Notes: generated by a model not told the origin, from the letters alone. A stretch of DNA of 64,000 nt from Fimicolochytrium jonesii (GCF_025526975.1 NW_026515669.1:124001-188000), one strand, 5' to 3'. Shown: positions 37,035-51,703, counted from the first letter of the stretch. Program-made: numbers and translations.

Positions 37035-37502
37035 CTACTTCTTAGCCGAATACCCCAACCCCAACTCGGGATACTGCCTGGGCACCTCCTCAAGCTCCTC
37101 GGTCAAGCCCGCCAAATCCAACGGCACAGCAGCCCCCATCCACACCGCGGCCTCGGTATGATCCCGCACCTCAAACCTCGTCAACGGATGCACGAGGATA
37201 CTCAACCCGTGCCGATTGCGCAGAAACCAGTCGTAGACGGCATGGAATGATTCCCTGGGCACCCACGTCTCGAATGAGCCGATGGTGTGGGGGCCCACGG
37301 GGGCGGTGTTGAAGGTCCTGTAGACTCTGGCGGTGAAGCGGTGGGAGGCGTTGAGGCGCTGGATCTCGGCGTGGATGTGCTGTGCTGCCGCGAGGGAGTG
37401 CGGGTTGCGTTGGAAGAAGTAGGTGTGGAAATGGAACTCTTTGATCTCGTCATCATCGGCTGCGGGATGACGGGGGGTGGGGAGGAGTTCTGAGGCGGCC
37501 AT
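37035..37502 (-). CDS. DOPA 4,5-dioxygenase family protein (fungal type)
   Basis: IKEFHFHTYF, PVGPHTIGSFETWVP, NRHGLSILVHPLT, RDHTEAAVWMG, QYPELGLGYS. Confidence 0.88.
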   Translation of the reverse strand: MAASELLPTPRHPAADDDEIKEFHFHTYFFQRNPHSLAAAQHIHAEIQRLNASHRFTARVYRTFNTAPVGPHTIGSFETWVPRESFHAVYDWFLRNRHGLSILVHPLTRFEVRDHTEAAVWMGAAVPLDLAGLTEELEEVPRQYPELGLGYSAKK

Positions 37503-37942
37503 TTTGGCGGTTGCTTGGACCGCGGGGGTGTGGGGGGCGTCGTCGTGGGTGGTGAGGAGCCTTGGGGTGAGTTTGGAGGTGGAGGGTGTGATGGCGGCTG
37601 AGGGGCGTTTGCAGATTGTGAGGAAGGGGAAGCAGCAGGTTCCGCAGGTGCAGCGCATGGGGGGGGATGGCTCTGGTGGAGGAGTGATGCGGACGGTTTG
37701 GCGGGGGCAGGGGCCTGCTTTTATCTATATTGGGGACTTGGGGGTGGCGGCGAGGGGGAACGTGAAATCGTGACAATGGTGTGTGCTCATGATGTTCTCT
37801 GTGAGAATCGCGTCGGCGCAATTGCTGACAGAATCCGTCGCGTCTCACAGGGCGTTCGTTACGGGCGCTATCCTACAGTACTTCATAGAACCATGTGGAT
37901 CTGGAGTTTTCCTTTCCTGGACCAACGGCTGGCAAACCGATC

Positions 37943-37969
37943 TTAGGGTTAGGGTTAGGGTTAGGGTTA
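37943..37969 (+). repeat. Interstitial telomeric repeat (TTAGGG)4
   Basis: TTAGGGTTAGGGTTAGGGTTAGGGTTA read directly. Confidence 0.9.
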
Positions 37970-38278
37970 CTGACTGGGGTCGGGGTTGAGTGCAGGTCGG
38001 TTTGCGGGTGTGGGTAGATGCAGCCTACTTCTATAACGTTGCCGATGGGGGTGGATGAAGGTCGGTGGGGAGACGAGCAACCCGACACAATCCGCAAGAA
38101 GGGAAGGCCGTCACGCGCAGTATTAGCACATGCATACGTCCGACCGACGAGAGAGCAAGACAAAAGGGGCCAATGCGCTATACACTTCACAATCACATCA
38201 CAGAAAATGAGAGAATGACTCTGGGAGACAGAACCCGTTCAAACAAAGACAAAGACCCCACGCCCCGTATCCCGCTCG

Positions 38279-40079
<1,801 letters not shown>

Positions 40080-40339
40080 CTTGGGTTGTTTGATGAGCTC
40101 AGATAGAGTGGCTTTGTGGAGTGTTGTTGTTAGATGAAGTGCGGGCGGGGGGCTGGTTGGGAGATGCCAGCTGGTTAGGGGGGGGTTGGCGAGTTTGAAA
40201 GGCAGGCAACGTCTCTGCGAAGGGGACTCTGATAGACGCGCTTCCTGTTATGCGCGTTCCATACAGGGACTAACCTACCATCCATAACAATACGCTCCGC
40301 TCGGGACCGGCCCTTCGGCCACTGAGGGCTGGGTGTTAA

Positions 40340-40358
40340 TAACCCTAACCCTAACCCT
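40340..40358 (-). repeat. Interstitial telomeric repeat, about 3 units (CCCTAA on +)
   Basis: TAACCCTAACCCTAACCCT read directly. Confidence 0.85.
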
Positions 40359-40618
40359 CGGGCACTTAACAATTAGATCTAGAGTATGTGTGCTTAGAGG
40401 GTAGCGTGGATAGCAAACACGGGTAGCGTAGTTAGCAACTACCCTTTTAAAGTAGAACTATACCGCTCCACCTGTATGTACTGTACAACGTCATACAATT
40501 TCAATATAACCCCTGCCCCATGTCATGTTCATACATGCAAATGAATCGCAGCTCCAACAAATCCACACGTCCCAACTTCCATATCTTCCGCACCGGATAT
40601 ATACCGCGCTCAGATCCC

Positions 40619-42734
40619 TCATTCCCACGTCCCATCCCCCACGGATTTACCGTCTACAGAAGCCGGTCCCCGTGCCTGCCCTTCAAGGACGGACTGCGGC
40701 GTGTGCGAGGTGCTCGTCAGGGCCGGGGATGGTTTGGCTGTGGGTGATGTGGGTGACGCTGCTACAGTTGACGCAGGCTGCGGCGGTGGTGGTGGTGGCG
40801 GCGTGCTGTGTGCGTGTTCCGTCGTGGGGTTTCCGTCCTCTGATGTTGTCGGGGGGTCTGGGTCTGTCTCATCCCTCACATCCCCCTCTCGCACACCCTC
40901 CTCCCCATCCGTTCCACCCCACTCGCGCTTCATCTTCACCTCTTTTGCACACCCACAATCATCCCCGTCCCCCGCCCCCTTTACCCCGTTCGTCCCTTGC
41001 TTCTCCCCCCCCTCCCCAACCCCCCAAAACCGCTCAATCTCCGTCCCATAATCCCCAAACAGCTCCTCCCCCTCCTGCACATCCCTCGTCGCCACACACA
41101 CAATCTGGTTCACCTCCGCGCCCCTATCATATGCCAGATTCGCTCGGGCGGGGTCCTCATTCACATAGTGGAATGGGCAGAAATAGGCGGGGTCGTCGCC
41201 GTAGGGGATCCCAGCGTCGTTGGTTGCGTCGATGACTGTTAGGCGATAGCGGTGCTGTGGGATAGGAGGAGGGAGTGTGAGCGCAGGGTGGGGTGGGCGG
41301 AGCGTGGGGATGGGGGAGATTTACGTACGGCGTAGTGGTTGGGGAGGGGGAGATGTCCCTTGAGCATGTCGAATTCATCTTCGGTCCTCGGCACGCCAAA
41401 GTAGAAGCCGATCTCGGTGCGGGCGGGGATGAAGCGTTTGGCGAAGGCTCCGCGGCCTGCGTTTGGTATCTACCAAAAATAGAGCGAGTCACGACATGCT
41501 GACCGTGAGAAAGAAGCATATGCGGTGGCGAAAGGGCCTTACCGTTGACACCCGAACATCCAAAATATCATGCAAAGACGTGGGTATGCAGTCATCCTCC
41601 GCAAACTCAAAGCCCGGGTACCAATCCTCAAAGGTCTTGCGGTCGTCGGTGGCGGCCCCTGTTGTGCCGGTGGTAGGCTGGGCGTCGTCGCTGATGATGG
41701 GGATGGCGTGGCCATGCACCGGGGTGTCGTTAGGTGATGATGATGTTTCCGTTCTGGCTTTCTTGGAGACCGGTTTCGGCGTTGATGTGTTTTCCTTGTC
41801 TTCCTCCAACGGTCGTTTCGCTACCCCATTCGACCCTGCATCGGCCGGCTGAGGACTCGCCTCCCCACCACCACCCCCCGTCCTCGGGCCCATCTTGGCC
41901 ACCCTCAATTCCGCCTTCCGGCGCGCATCATATTCCGCCCTCCGTTTACTGAACAGGTACGGCCAATGCACGGTAATCAAGTCATCCAGCCACTTCTTGT
42001 ACAGCGCTAAGGAAGTTTCCACATTGCCCGGCTCGAATGCGAGCTTGAAGTGGACGTGCCGTTTGCCGTCGGGGATGAAGGAGATGAACATCTTGTCGCG
42101 GTTCTCTGTTAAAATCCCGCTCGCTGTGTTCTGTGGTGTCTAGAACAAATAAGAGAGTTGGAGCATCAGCCATCAACCATCGACCATCAACCATCAACCA
42201 TCAACCATCAACCATCAACCATCAACCATCCATCATCATCAACCTCCCGCTCGCAAATAATCTCAAGTATTCTCCTGGCTATGCTCGGAACTCTCGCGAT
42301 CGCTCGCCACATACCTTCCCACCAAACAACGGCGGCAGTCCCTTTTCTTCAGCAATCCGTTTATCCAACTCCAGGGCCTTTGGAATCAACTGTCCTCTCG
42401 GCACCGGGCCATTCCCCAGCTCCTTCAAGGCCAGAAACAGAATATAGGTCTGATTATACCACCTGGGCCTCTCGACCACCGAGTGGCGGCCGGTGACAAA
42501 TCGATAACGAGGCTTTTGGACCTCTTTCCCTTCAGCGAGTCTTTTGCGGTTGCGAGTCATGCGGCCGGGGGGTTCGGGGGTTGAGTCGTAGTCTGCGAGG
42601 GAGATGCCGGAGGGGGTCGGTTGTTCGGGTTTTGGCGGTTGAAGTTGTGGTTGTGGTTGTGGAGCTGGGGGGTTGGCGGAGGAGGAGGAGGAGCAGGATG
42701 CGGTGGGTTTCTTTTTCTTGTGTGAACGTGCCAT
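40619..42734 (-). CDS. SET-domain protein with an N-terminal winged-helix (HARE-HTH/GDS1-like) region
   Basis: Spliced N-terminal LFGGKTPQNTASGILTEN; C-terminal YMNED...NL...IVCVATRDVQEGEELFGDYG (SET signature ELxxDY). Confidence 0.72.
42140..42314 (-). repeat. SET-gene intron containing the composite intronic repeat
   Basis: Sense strand reads GCGAGCGATCGCGAGAGTTCCGAGCATAGCCAGGAGAATACTTGAG, followed by about 10 GTTGATG-like units (CATCAAC on + at ~42165-42245). Confidence 0.8.
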
Positions 42735-42999
42735 GTTTGCGGGGGTGTTGGTCGGAGTGGTGGGCGAGAGTGAGGAGACGAGCAGGCCAGCTGCTGGGAG
42801 ACGATATGAGTTTCCAAAGACTGGGGGGGGGTTGAGGTGAGGTTTCTGTGGGAGCGTTTGGAGGTTGGAGGGTGGTTTTGGCAGCTCAGCCAGCAGGGTT
42901 GGGGGGGGGGGGGGGGGGTGCAAACTTCCAAAGAGGGGCGCCGGGTGTCCGTCCGAGAACTACGAATGAGTCACGCACCTCCTTAGACCTCCTTCGCGC

Positions 43000-43140
43000 G
43001 AGAGGGAGAGAGGGAGAGTGAGCGAGAGAGAGAGAGAGAAGGCTGGGAACCAACACCCTCATCTCGCTCACCCCACGCTCACTCCTCACTCACTCCTCAC
43101 TCACTCCTCACTCACTCCTCACTCACTCACACCCCCTCAC
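43000..43140. repeat. (GA)n and 11-nt ACTCCTCACTC tandem repeats in the divergent SET/GCD6 promoter
   Basis: GAGAGGGAGAGAGG...GAGAGA followed by about 4 ACTCCTCACTC units. Confidence 0.8.
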
Positions 43141-43150
43141 CCACGATCCA

Positions 43151-46100
43151 ATGGCTCCCAAAGGTGGAGAGCAGGAAAACGTACGTCTACACCCCGCCCG
43201 CCCGCCCCTCCAAGTTTACTTAGAACACCCACCCCCACTGATGCTCTCAAAAACACTCACTAGGTCCTGCAAGCAGTGCTTATCGCAGACTCCTTCAACG
43301 AGCGTTTTCAGCCGCTCACTCACTCCCGGCCTAGGGTATGCAGACGGGGAGGGTTAGAGACGAGACCGACCCCTTGCGGACTTTATGTTGAGAGGACTTC
43401 GATTTGACTCACCAAACTCCCAATGTTCAGTGCCTTCTGCCACTCGTCAACGTGCCGCTTATCGAGTACACCCTTGAATGTCTGGCCATTTCTGGGGTTC
43501 AGGAGGTCTTTATTGTTTGCAAGGCAAAGTCTGAGGAGATCAAGAAGTACATTGGGTACGTGGACGAGGGGAGGGGAGCGAACGGAGCAAGCAGGAAATC
43601 GTTTGCACCCTGCACACCTCAATGAAACCAAGCTGACTGTTCCTTTCCCTTCGACTTGACAGTTCCTCACGATGGCACAACTCGACGCAACCACGGGTCC
43701 GCATCGTCGTCTCGCAGGAACTGCAAAGCATCGGTGACGCGCTTCGAGAGGTGGACGCGAAAGGGCTGATACATTCCGATTTCATTCTCGTCAATGGAGA
43801 TACGGTGGCGAATGTGGATTTGACTCGCGCTTTGGAGGCACATCGGTATGGGCAGGAAATGATACGAGGATGAATCGCATCGAGTACACACAAGCGTTCG
43901 GGTTGGTTGCTGAGGAAGGGTGTGAATACGCTTTGCAGGGAGAGGAGAGAAAAGACGGACCGGAATGCTATCATCACCATGGTACGGGTGGGCAGGACGC
44001 CCTCGGGGGGTCCAGAACCGATGACACGGTACTGAACCAGAAACGTTCCCTCCCTTTGACAGGTTCTAAAGAACGCCTCAATAGATCATCGATCACGGTA
44101 AGCACCGCACCTTACATCATCCATCACCACCAACAAACAAACCCCTCGCTCACCACAGTCCCACCACCCACCCACCAGTGCGCGAGGCGAAGAATCCATC
44201 TTCATTATCGACAGCAACACCCAAGAATGCATCCACTGGGAAGCCTCCCCACCTTACCCCTCGAAACCCAAAATCGCCCTCGACGTCGAGCGGATAGGCA
44301 AGCGCACCGAGTTCTCCGTCCATTCCGATCTGATTGATTGTCAGATCGATATCTGTAGTGTCGATGTAGGTTGACCAGACCCTCCCCGAGGAGTTGCGTT
44401 TGTGTGACATCACAAGAATCCTTATCCGGATGTTGTTCTCTTCAGGTCCCGCCGCTGTTCACGGAAAACTTTGACTGGCAAGACCTCCGTGCCGATTTTC
44501 TGAAAGGCATCCTCGAGTCTGAACTCCTCGGGAAGACGGTCTACTGCCACCTTCTCGATGCCGAGTATGCAACGCGCGTCGTCACACCGAGGATGTATGA
44601 TGCCGTTAGGTATGTGCCCACCCACCTTGCATCGACGTACGAGGATTCGTGAGTGGCGGCTGAATTGTCATTGTTCTGTTTCGTTCTTTTAGCAAGGATG
44701 TCCTATCGCGATGGGTGTACCCCATCGTCCCCGAAAACAACATGCTAGCCGGCGGGACGTACAAGTACTCCCGGCCGAGCATATACAAGGAACAGGACGT
44801 CAAACTCGACATGTATGTTTGCGGATTCTCTCATTTCACCCCCAATCATCACATTTCGCTGACGTCGTCGGCCTCCCTTGACCCCCCCACAGCTCCACCA
44901 ACATTCACGAACGCACCGCCATCGGCCGCTCCACAACCTTCGGCGCCAACACCCTCGTCCGCAACTCCGTCATCGGCGCAAACTGCACTATCGGCGCAAA
45001 CGTGACCATCGAGAACGCGTATATTTGGGATAACACTGTTGTGGGCGACGGGTGTAGGTTGGAGAGGTGCATCGTGGGGTATGATGTTACGTTGGGTGAG
45101 GGTTGCAGGGTTGAGATGGGGGGGATCGTTGAGGGGAAGGTAATGTGTGGGGGGTTGGTGGGGGATGGGACGTTGGGGTGAATGTGGTAATTGACTGTGT
45201 TTTCCTGCGTGTAGGTTGTGATTGAGGCTGGGACGGTTATCGAGGCGGATAAACGGGTTTTTGGGGACGAGGGTATGTTGAAATCACTTGACGTTGTCGA
45301 ACGGTGTGGGGGAGTGTACTGACAAGGCCCTACGCATGGGACGATGATATAGACAACGGGATCGCGTATCTGGAAGAAGACGAAGAAGATGACGAGGATG
45401 TGGCGCGGAATATCCGGTTAGGTTGGATCGGTATGTCTTCTGAAGCCACGCCCCTCTGTAAGCCAGTGCACGCCCGTCCTCACCTAACTGTTATCCATCA
45501 GGAGCACCCACATCCCACGACCCCGCCGCCGACGACATCGACCTCTCCTACAACTCCGACGACTCCGACTCTGATTCCGACGACGATGTCGAGGAGACCG
45601 GCGGTAACGTGTTCCCAACCCATCTATTCCCCATACACCCCCCACATATACACCCCGTACCCCCCGACTCACTCCCTTCTCTCCCCTAATAGACTGGAAA
45701 TCCGAAGCCCACGCAACCCTCTCCCGCGCCTTCACAGAATCCCACTCAATCGACATTGCAGCCCTGGAACTCAACACCCTGAAAATGGCCATGAACATCT
45801 CGTTTGCGGATCTGAGGAGTGTGGTTGTCCCCGCGATTCTGAGTCAAGTGGACTCCAAACAGATGCCCGGCAGTGCAAAGAAGGTGCTTGGAAGATGGGG
45901 GCGGCTGGTCAATAAGTTTTCGTTCTCGGGAGAGGATCAGGCGGAGTGTTTGGAGATTATTGAGGTAAAAAAAAATCAAAAATAGCTAAATCTCCACAAA
46001 TATGTGGTTTTAGCAACCCCTTAGGAGAGAGAAACTCACCCGTTCTTTTTTTTTTGCCATGACCAGGACTTTGTCGCCGAAAACCCCGCTTACATCCCCC

Positions 46101-46430
46101 ACACATCCAACCTCCTGCACATCTTCTACGAGCTCGAAGTGCTTAGCGAGGACGCCGTTTTGGCCTGGTGGGGAACGTTAGCAAAGAAGGACGGCCTCAG
46201 GGGACGGGTGAGGGATTCGGTAAGCGGGGCGGGCGTGGGATTTTGTGGGGGGGAATTACTTTCTTTTGGGCGGCCTGCGGGTTTTGGGTGGGCCCCCCCC
46301 TTTTGCATTGATGCAGCGGCTGAATCGTTTTTCTTTTGGCTTTTAGGCAAAGGCGTTTGTGACGTGGCTACAGGAGGCGGAGGAGGAGGAGAGTGAGGAG
46401 GAGGAGAGTGAGAGTGAGGAGGAAGAATAA
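43151..46430 (+). CDS. GCD6: Translation initiation factor eIF2B epsilon subunit, many exons
   Basis: LQAVLIADSFNERFQPLT, CLLPLVNVPLIEYTLE, LFTENFDWQDLR, a hexapeptide-repeat region, LELNTLKMAMN, W2 domain YELEVLSEDAVLAWW, and an acidic tail. Confidence 0.94.
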
Positions 46431-46674
46431 AGAACCACCCATCGGGGGGTCAGTTACTGTAGTGGATTGCGGCGCACACCCCTCCCTCCCTCCGCACGTA
46501 CAAACATATCATACATAGAGGCTGTTTTTCCTCATCACATCCACCCAATGCATATACGCTCCCCCTCATGGATATAGCAAGTGATGTAGGTGTAATTTAA
46601 AAGAGACATTTGGTTAGATAGCACGAAATTGACACGACATGGCCAGGATGGGCCTTGTGAGGCCTTGTCGGCGG

Positions 46675-46697
46675 CCTAACCCTAACCCTATCCCTAA
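46675..46697 (-). repeat. Degenerate interstitial telomeric repeat
   Basis: CCTAACCCTAACCCTATCCCTAA read directly. Confidence 0.75.
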
Positions 46698-47080
46698 ACT
46701 TCCAAGTCAGCCAGCCAGCCAGGTGACAGATGTGAAGGTTAAGCCCTATTGGCGCTCAAGGAGAACAATATTCAGTGAGGGGCTGGGGACAGCTCCGCCC
46801 AGAATTGTGCCGGAACCAGGGAACCCCAGGACGCGAAGGATCAACTGAGAAAGGGGTTAGCGCCCAGACCGCGTTTGTTTGTCTTCCGTTTTGTTGTTGC
46901 AACGACGGATTTCGAACCACACCACCATCACGCCGTCAAAGTTCAGACATATGAGTCGGTGTCTATACCTGTGCGGTCGCAGCCCTTCTACTACCGCCTC
47001 GGCGGAAGTCTGGGGGCTTTCGCAGTCGCAAAGAAGAAACCAATGGACTTCTTCGTTCTCAGAGGTGCATTACTTTCGCG

Positions 47081-49622
47081 ATGTCTCATACAAAAAGAAA
47101 CACTGGCGTAACTTTTGCGTTGGATGCACGACAGCCGCAAAAGCCGACGTCGCCTCTCCGGGACACCAACCTGCAGCTGCTTGAGCGGGTGCTTACGGAA
47201 ACGTCGCACTTGCTCAACCAGAACTGCCGGCTTGTAGGGAATCTCGACAACCAGTCCCGTCAGATATTCGGCTTCTTGCAGACGTTGCACCCAACCCCGG
47301 GTCAGCAGACAGCCAGGGTCAACTCAGGAGCCGTTTCGACGGTCCGCCCAGGCGGATTGACCGACGGCGGTGGCTTGACGGATATTTTCGAAACATCCGG
47401 GGGCTCGATATTTGCCAGTTATCCCTCCGGAGAGCGGGCACGAGAGCCTATCATCTCGTTCATTGAGGATGGTCCAGAGCCGTCGTCTGTAGGTGGTTCT
47501 TTGGACGACTATGTTCCTAGTGATTCAATCTTTCGGGATGAGCATGAATACGGTGAGCGAAGGCCGCGAAACGGCGGGATTTGTTGGTTCCGTGTCCCAG
47601 ACCCGTTTCTCATGTGACGGTTCACCGACTTCCCCCACCGATCTCTTATTGTTCAGGCGAAGCGACTTTGAAATTTCAGTCTATTGCAAGGAAAAGGTCG
47701 CCATTGAACGACAATCCTCCATCTTTCCCTCCATCTTACGTTGAGGGTAATCCCAAGGATACAGCCCGCTCACCAAGCCCGTCCAAAAGCAGATCTGGAA
47801 GCTCTCTGGAGTCAACAGATTCAGCACATCCCAGCCACTCCCGTGTGGCGTCAGCGGCTAAGAACAGAGGATTGGGTAGTCCAGCGGCTGGGGCAAAGGT
47901 TGAGCCAGCGGAGACCAAACCGGTGAGGGAACCTGCCCCAGAGAGCGAACATCCTTGGCGGGTTACTTGGAAAACATCAGGTTTACATCCCGAGTCCATG
48001 GCAAAAGCATGGTGGGACTTTGCCATGTCGCGTAAGTGCCTCCATCGGCCTTTCACTCCCTGATCGGCGCTCACATGCCCTATTTTCCAGTCATTTATTG
48101 GATAGACCTCGTGGTCCTGCCGGTCTATCTCAGTTTCGAGAAAAGCAATCCCGGCCAGCGTCCGCAAGCAGGCTGGCTGGTGTTGCCCATCTTCTCCATC
48201 ATGGACACTTTGATCAGCTGCATCACTTTGCGACCGCGTCGTGGCAGCAATGAGCTCTGTGGGCTAGGAGAATCGCTCCTGCTGTACATAATCAGCGTCA
48301 CGTTCCTTGTCGATGTGGTCACAATGGTGCCCTGGAACTGGATCTTGAAAAGCGAATCGGCAGAGCTCCTGGGATTCATCAGGCTGTTGCGCGTCTCGTT
48401 CCACTTATTCCCGATAGTGAACCGCAACCGGATTTACGAGGCTCTCGGCGACCGGCTTCAAGAGTACGGCATTGGCGGGTCAAATGGTCGCATGATCTCT
48501 TGTTTTCTGTGGGTTCTCTATTACCTGCACATCAACACCTGTTCGACATTCTTCATCGGGAGACTGTCCAAGTATATCAAGGCATCGTGGGATTCCGTCT
48601 ACTTCATCGTTGACCATCCTGTCTGGAATCAGTATACGTGGGGATTCCTGATGGCAGTAGCGAATTCATGGCCGTTCACTATACCCATCACGTAAGTCGA
48701 GGGTGTCTACCTGACTGAGTTTGGAGCCCACGAGGCGTCCTGCTTTCACTCGAACTAACGATCGATACCAACAGCCCACAACGTGCCGAAGAACTCTGGC
48801 TGCACTCCATATTCATGATCGTGGGTGCGCTCATGACCGGAACGTTATCCGGCTTCATCCAAAGTTCCCGTCTGGATCTCGATCCTGCGGGTCGTCTATA
48901 CAAGGAGAAACTGGACCAGGCCAACGAATACATGGCCATCAAAAAGATCGACGAAAGCACGCGCTCTAGAGTGCGCGAGTACTATCGATTGAAGTTCCGA
49001 GAGAAGATATTTGATGAAGGGGCGATTATGCGGGAGATGAATCAGGAGTTGCGCAACGTAAGTGTTGTTGCTATCGTACCATCTCAGTCATAGCTTTTTG
49101 GGGGGGTGATTTTGACATCCCCGGGTTCTTCCGCAACCCTCCACGATAGCAATTCGCGGGCGGTACCGGCCGCGCCCTTCTCCAATCCGTTCCGTTCCTG
49201 AACCACCCGGATCAAGCGATCCAGAGCGCTCTGGCAATGAGTATGCGAGAGCATTTCTACGTGTCAGGGCATACCCTCTACCAACAGGGTACGCGAGGCC
49301 ACAACATGTACTTCCTGCAAACCGGATCGGTCCTCGCTCGGGACGAGGACGGCGTTGCCATCCGGACATACACCAGTGGGGATTTCTTTGGAGGTATGCA
49401 TAGCTGCCATATTTTGCAGATGGCGCCGTGATCTCAAACCCCAATCATGCCCCTCCGGGCCCTTTCGGTCTCTATTTAGAGAACGCACTGCTGACGGACT
49501 GCATCCGAGGCCATACCGCCCAAGTCCTCACCGCATGCCATGTGTACGAGCTCGACAGATCGCAGTACGAGAGTGTGTGCGAACGGTTCCCGGATCTTGT
49601 CAACCTCGCGTATGGTGGTTGA
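47081..49622 (+). CDS. Cyclic-nucleotide-binding-domain (CNG/HCN-like) ion channel, multi-exon
   Basis: 6TM-like segments (WWDFAM, FLVDVVTMVPW, FIRLLRV), C-linker YKEKLDQANEYM...RVREYYRLKF, and CNBD QQGTRGHNMYFLQTG...GDFFGENALL...R. Confidence 0.85.
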
Positions 49623-50311
49623 GCGGGGGAATGGGGGCTTCGACCATGGGGCACCCAAACCCCGCCCCGCCATCCCGCCTACGTGGCCAACGGTCCTTTG
49701 TTTTTGGGGGGAGTCAACCAGTTTTGGACGTGTTACACTTGTCAAAACCTATTTACAATTTTTTGGGGACACATTTTGTTGGCGCGCAATGGGATCTTTA
49801 TCAGCGATCATGGTTTCTCCGCCCATCCAAGGCAGCCAATATCATGTTTCGGTTTTCTCTCTCATGCTTCTGCCTTGGCTATCTGCCATCTCCCCGTTGA
49901 GGGTGTGCTTCGAGCAGGCATTTGATGTGAGCGATTACAAGCAGGCAAAGAAAGTCAGCCTGCTCTGTGTGACATTGCGCATGTTTTGTTGAAATCACAC
50001 TTTGCACAGTGCAGCTCCACATTTACAAGGAGCACAATCACAAGCTTCTCTGTATGGACGTTGTCCAATCGTGTCACCGATGCCAGTAAGGACGCAAAAA
50101 GCAGGTACAGGCCCCATACTCGTAAAAAGACGTTCTGAAATGCCTTCAGACTCTCCACCCAAATCATGCTCCTGCGGGTACGTTGTATTACAGCCTTCTC
50201 TCAAGATGGACAAAAGAAAAAAAAACAACCGACCACAGTGAAAGGGGCGGGTCTGTCGTTTTGCATAGTGGGGGGCCCGGGGGGACATCGATGAAGGTAG
50301 GTGGGTGCGTC

Positions 50312-51703
50312 CTATCGGCCCCTGCCCCCCGTCTTCATCAGCTTCATTTTGGATTCCAATCGCTTGTACTTCTCGCTCTGTTCAGAAACAGCGATTTCTA
50401 TTCAGCCACAGCCAGACGGACGACAGACAGAAAGACCTGACTTGAGTTCCTACCTTAACCCGTGCATCCCCCGTCATTTGAACGTCCGATTTCGGAATGA
50501 CCGTAAAAGCCGTGGAAACCTTCTGCGGTATCCTCGTCCTCTTGAACGCCGTCTTCTCGCTTTCTACCGGGACCTCCAGCTCCGATCTCGAGACTCGTTT
50601 TATCCGTGGTCCGGATGTGGGGTCGGATACTACTTTGTGGTCACGGTAACTTGCGCTCCGTCCCAAGATGGGTCGCATCCATTTGTCTTTTGGGGCGGAG
50701 GACATGGGCGGTGAGAAGTGGGTGGGTAAAGCTGGGCGAGGGATGAGGGACTCTTACCGATGAGCTGGGATGCGATTTTCTGGATGTCTGGTGTTGCTTT
50801 CCCGCATTTGGAATAGAAGTTGACGATGCGGCCAACATGGCTCTCACGTAAATGTATGGTAGCGATGTCCATCTGTGAATGGAAAAGAAGTGGGTGTGAG
50901 TTGGGGAGGTCTCGAAGCTGACGCTCCAAGATACCAATGCTTACATTTCGCAGTACGTCGAACATGGCTCGCTGGATGTCCAAAGCTGGCAGTGACGCAT
51001 CAGGCAGTGGCTCAAGCCTAGGATCGCAAAGCACGTTCCGAGCGTCAATATCTCCGTCCTAATAAAGCCCGCCCCACGAAATTTGCCCCCCTCACCATAG
51101 TCGTACCCCCTCAAGAAGGTGGTTATCCAAGATCTGATCCTGCAGCTGGTCCCTCTGCAGGTACATGAGCGCCCCAGGCAGCTTCCCCAGCTTAGCCAGC
51201 GCAGGCTGCCGTCTCCTATTCGCCTCCTTATCCTCCATCGCAGCCGCCTTCATCTCCTCCAGCAACCGACTGAGGATCTCGTCCGTGTCAGCCTCATCCT
51301 GCACCACCTTCTTCTTCTTGTTCTTCTTCGACATGCGCTCGAAATCCTCTTCCACCTGCTGCCGGATCTTGGACTCGGGGCTGAGTTCCCGTTCAGGTGG
51401 GGCCGAGTCTTCCTCACCGTCCCCTCTGCTACGCCCCCGCTCATCCCCGGCATCGCTTCGTCGGCGGGCCCGCACCGCTTTTGCCTTTTTCTTTGGCCGC
51501 CGTTTCAATTCCTCTGGGATCTCGACATCTTCGGAGGGTTTGAGCTTTTTGAAGGACGGGAGTTGCACGGGCTCGTAGTCGTCGTCGTCTTCGTCGTCGG
51601 GGCCGGCGGGTGGGGGTGCGCGCTCGTCGCCCGAAAAAGCGATATCGTCGAGCTCACTGTCGGACCCGCCGAAGAGGTCCTCGTAGGTCGGTTGTGCTGC
51701 CAT
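50312..51703 (-). CDS. IWS1: Transcription elongation factor Iws1/Spn1
   Basis: MKAAAMEDKEAN, PALAKL, WLEPLPDASLPALDIQ, HLRESHVGRIVNFY, KWMRPILGRS. Confidence 0.92.

Noticed and set aside
37035..37502. Betalain pigment gene cluster
   Set aside because: Only the dioxygenase is present; no tyrosinase or P450 neighbour in the window.
40200..40520. Telomerase RNA gene around TAACCCTAACCCT
   Set aside because: Three repeats exceed a typical ~1.5-repeat template, the gap is short, and I could not identify a pseudoknot or other conserved domain.
49150..49240. GC-rich palindromic stretch as another intronic hairpin element
   Set aside because: It reads in frame as the channel C-linker exon (QFAGGTGRALLQSVPFL).
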